A stretch of DNA of 64,000 bases, taken from Podarcis vaucheri. Lineage: Eukaryota. The stretch's first letter is position 1, and each line of letters starts with the position of its first letter. The stretch is taken from assembly GCA_965113315.1 (NCBI GenBank), contig OZ220375.1; one strand, written 5' to 3'. This document shows positions 60,901-64,000 of the stretch, piece after piece. A model generated the notes under the pieces. It made no database searches and was not told the DNA's origin. It saw only the letters and a program-made list of their open reading frames with translations. Position numbers and translations under genes: made by a program.

Positions 60901-63439
60901 GCCAAGTGACCAGAAAGCCAATTCAAGTAATGTGTATCCCACCTGTCGTTCCTGGTGGAAGTATCAAAGTAGGTGGAAGGAAGGTAGGTGGAAAAGGTCA
61001 ACCAGCCCATTTTGACCAGTCAAACATAGGAAGGAACATAAATTCCTGCTTGACACCAACTATGATGACAAGCTTATCTCATACTGCATAGTGGGAGGGA
61101 AGGCTTGGTGCAAACTCTCCTAAGAAGGAGGGGCAGAGGTAGGTGGAAATGACTTTATATCCTTTGTGATTTACTAACTAGCAGTAGCTCAAAACCACGC
61201 ATGAAGCCAGAAAATGAGTTCTGGGCCTTCTAAGGTGGGGTTCAGATTGTGAAGCAATATTAGTTCTCTAGGAATACTGCAAAAGGTTGGGTTTTTGTCA
61301 GTCCTATTGTCATGAAATTAATTTGATATGGGATCTGCAACTGAGCCATGGACCCTTTTCAAATGAAGCAGTAACCATCCATATCTGCCCCATGACTAAA
61401 TTTTATCTGAATCTTTCTAAGCTCTGTCATACAAAATAAAACCCAATGAATATTGTTAAAACTTCATTTTAACTAAGAACATAGAAATTAAAGCGCTTTT
61501 CGCAGTTGCATCCAGCTAGGTTTTCAGATTTTTCCCATGAAGCAGTCAAAAAGAAAAGTGGTGCTTATCAAGAGAGTGCATTGGGTCAAAGAAATACCCA
61601 ATTTCCAGACCTGGTTAAAGCCTTTGTTCCACAAAATAATGTCCTCATGAATGATTATCTCGTTTCTATTGACAGCAAGGGGATCCACCCATCCAACCTT
61701 CACTCGAAGGAAAGACTTGTTTGGGAAGGTGACCATGTTTGTGATGTCAAATCTACCTCCCATTTCTCTTTTATTAGCAAAAGACACTCTTTCTCCAGCT
61801 GAGTTGTTAAATGAAATGTCAGGAAGAAAATGGTGCAACTAATTGAAAGAGAAAAGAAAGATTAAGGGGAAATAACATAATAGAGATATTGAAGAAAATG
61901 GCTTGATGTATAAATGAGCACCATTTACATATAATTATGTTTGCTTGACAAAGCAGATGAAAAAATTGTTATGCATACAGTGAAAATAAATTCAGCCAAA
62001 TGCACAGGATTTAATATGAAAACATAAAGCTTTGCCAGTTAGTGACATGAGGAATACCACTGCAGCATTACTTCTGCATGAAAATTGTGATGAAATCTTA
62101 AGATGTATATTTGTAAAGTATTACCTGCCAAGGCTGCAGATCTTGAAGTTTTAATTTTCCACTGATACCCAATGTTCTCTGCTTGGATGTAGACAAGTAA
62201 ATAGCATGCAAAGTGTGAGCCACAACATAAACAGCATTGTAGATACTGTAACTATGGCCAGATAGTTCCATTGCAAAAAGAGAGCCTGGAAGACTCTCCA
62301 AACTCTCCTCCCCAGTACACAGTTCTTTGAGCTCCACTGTCAGATGGGGATTTGGAACTATACAGTCAAATGCTTGCTCCCAGAAGTCCTTGAGAAAATG
62401 ATCTCCCTGGCTCCAGGAAGGCTTGATGGTCAGAAGAAAATCTTTGAAATTTAGAAGATTTTGTGAATGAATTGTGAGGGATATGGCGCCTTGAAAGAGT
62501 TGAAAATCCCAAGAACTAACAAGCCCCGTTGCAATGAAATCAGTATGCGCTGTCAAAATCCACACCTTTTTAATTGCTAAGTTTTCCTTATTGGTTGGAT
62601 CTCGCAAAAATATAATAGCTCTCAGCGCTATAATTGTCAGAGATTCTCCATAGACAACAAATGTAGTTACTTTATTATCTGTGAGCAATGCATACAAATT
62701 TAAGGCTACCTCATGCATTTCATCCAGCTTATCAAGATGGAGTTGACGTGGGATTCTTTGTGTAAAGGCTGAACAAATTCCATTTTGAGAAAGCAGTGGC
62801 TCCAAGGTCTTGATGAAATATTCTCCAGTGTTATCATTTGGAGCAAAGAGTCCAACCCAGATCCATCCAAAATGCTTAAGCAAGCTAATAACCCCCCAAA
62901 ATTGATGGGCTTCATTGGGCACCATTCGATAAAAGGACGGGGACTGACTTGTGTCACCCTCTGGAGGAAATGAACCATATGCAAGCTATATATATATAAA
63001 AATCAGTTATGAAGTTATGTGAAAAGAATTCATAATGTGCAATGTGAAATTTCATTTAACAAATATTTGTTTAAACAATGTATAGGTTAAATCCAATATG
63101 GTCAGTAGGAATACAAACATTCCTATGCACCCCTTCAGACATCTTACCTGGGGAATTTTGTAGAGACTTAATATATCAGCCATATGTAAGGAGGTATCAG
63201 AGCCAAGTCCTCCAATGATGGATATGAGGGTTTTCTGGGTGTCACATTTGTAGTTGGAAATAAATGTACCCATTTTGAAGAGGAGGTCTAATGTAGTGCG
63301 GTAGGTCATCCTTGCATCATAGTAGCTATCATAGATGTGGAACCCCAGTGTGACATTGTGCAAAATGTTGGGATTCTCATTTATTTCTTTCACAGCAAAT
63401 GCCAAGGCAAGGACATGTTGGTAGAATTTGGTCACCACA
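57917..63439 (-). CDS. V2R gene G, exons 2-6 (exon 1 beyond the window end)
   Basis: complement(join(57917..58815,60380..60506,61611..61838,62125..62985,63148..63439)). Exon sizes 292/861/228/127/899, GT-AG, open frame. Confidence 0.9.
59442..60121 (+). mobile_element. Sauria SINE interrupted by an L1-type fragment (59599-59904)
   Basis: The SINE halves are separated by a ~306-bp A-tailed insert with a 17-bp TSD caaagtgcaagtagata (59582-59598 / 59905-59921). Confidence 0.85.
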
Positions 63440-63544
63440 CTGCAAATAAAGTAAAGGAATTACAGAAATGAATAAACCACAATACTGGACACATTCCTCA
63501 TCAAATTAATCAAAACCGAAAGAAATTATTGGAAACCAAGCATT

Positions 63545-63795
63545 ATGTGGAGCGGTTGAAAGAGCTGGGTATGTAGATCCGGGAAAAGAGGAGACTCAGA
63601 AGAGATATGATAGCCGTCTTCCAATATCTCAAGGGCTGTCACATGGAAGATGGAGCAAGCTTGTTTTCTCCTGCTTTGGAGGGTAGGACTCAAGACAATG
63701 GCTTCAAGTTACAATAAATGAGATTCTGGGTAAACATCAGGAAGAACTTTCTACAAGAGCACTCTGACTGTAAGAGTTGTTCACCAATGCAACTG
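63545..63795 (+). mobile_element. Degenerate CR1 RT fragment in gene G intron 1
   Basis: YVERLKELGM...RRLRRDMIAVFQYLKGCHMEDGASLFS...IRKNFL, with a stop and a frameshift. Confidence 0.8.
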
Positions 63796-64000
63796 TCTTA
63801 CTGTCCCTCACTTTTTATTTTTTCTGCCCCAACCTTCCTCTGTATACAATGTCTCACATCAAATGTAACTGTTCTGTAGAAAGAACTCTACAGCCTGAAA
63901 AAGAGATGATGCACATACTTTTGTAAATGAAGAAAATCTTTAATAAAAATTATTTAAAGAAAACAGTAGGTGACTGAAATGAGGAGTCCCTCAAGGGTGG

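Overview
Vertebrate genomic DNA from a squamate reptile; the Sauria/Squam SINEs suggest a lacertid lizard. The window is part of a tandem cluster of vomeronasal type-2 receptor (V2R, class C GPCR) genes. On the + strand are the last exon of one gene (A) and four apparently intact six-exon genes (B-E). On the - strand are an orphan frameshifted exon 1 (pseudogene F) and a gene whose exon 1 lies outside the window (G). Introns and spacers hold Sauria and Squam3-like SINEs, CR1, L2, L1 and Rex1 LINE fragments, Tc1/mariner and hAT MITEs, and solo LTRs. The main feature is a young, full-length ~8.75-kb Ngaro-type tyrosine-recombinase (DIRS-order) retrotransposon at 47603-56350 (- strand). It has open gag, RT/RNase H, recombinase and SGNH-hydrolase ORFs and sits in the 5' region of pseudogene F without a TSD, joined through a shared TT core. 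Its split direct repeats are iterated as A1...B1-A2-X-B2-A3-X-B3 with a 767-bp period. Each A-X-B unit looks like a self-contained mini transcription unit: CCAAT/GC/TATA promoter, structured RNA, Sox-Oct motif and poly(A) signal. The hydrolase ORF has splice signals that would fuse it in frame to the N-terminal part of Gag. All calls were made by eye; no database search or folding program was run.
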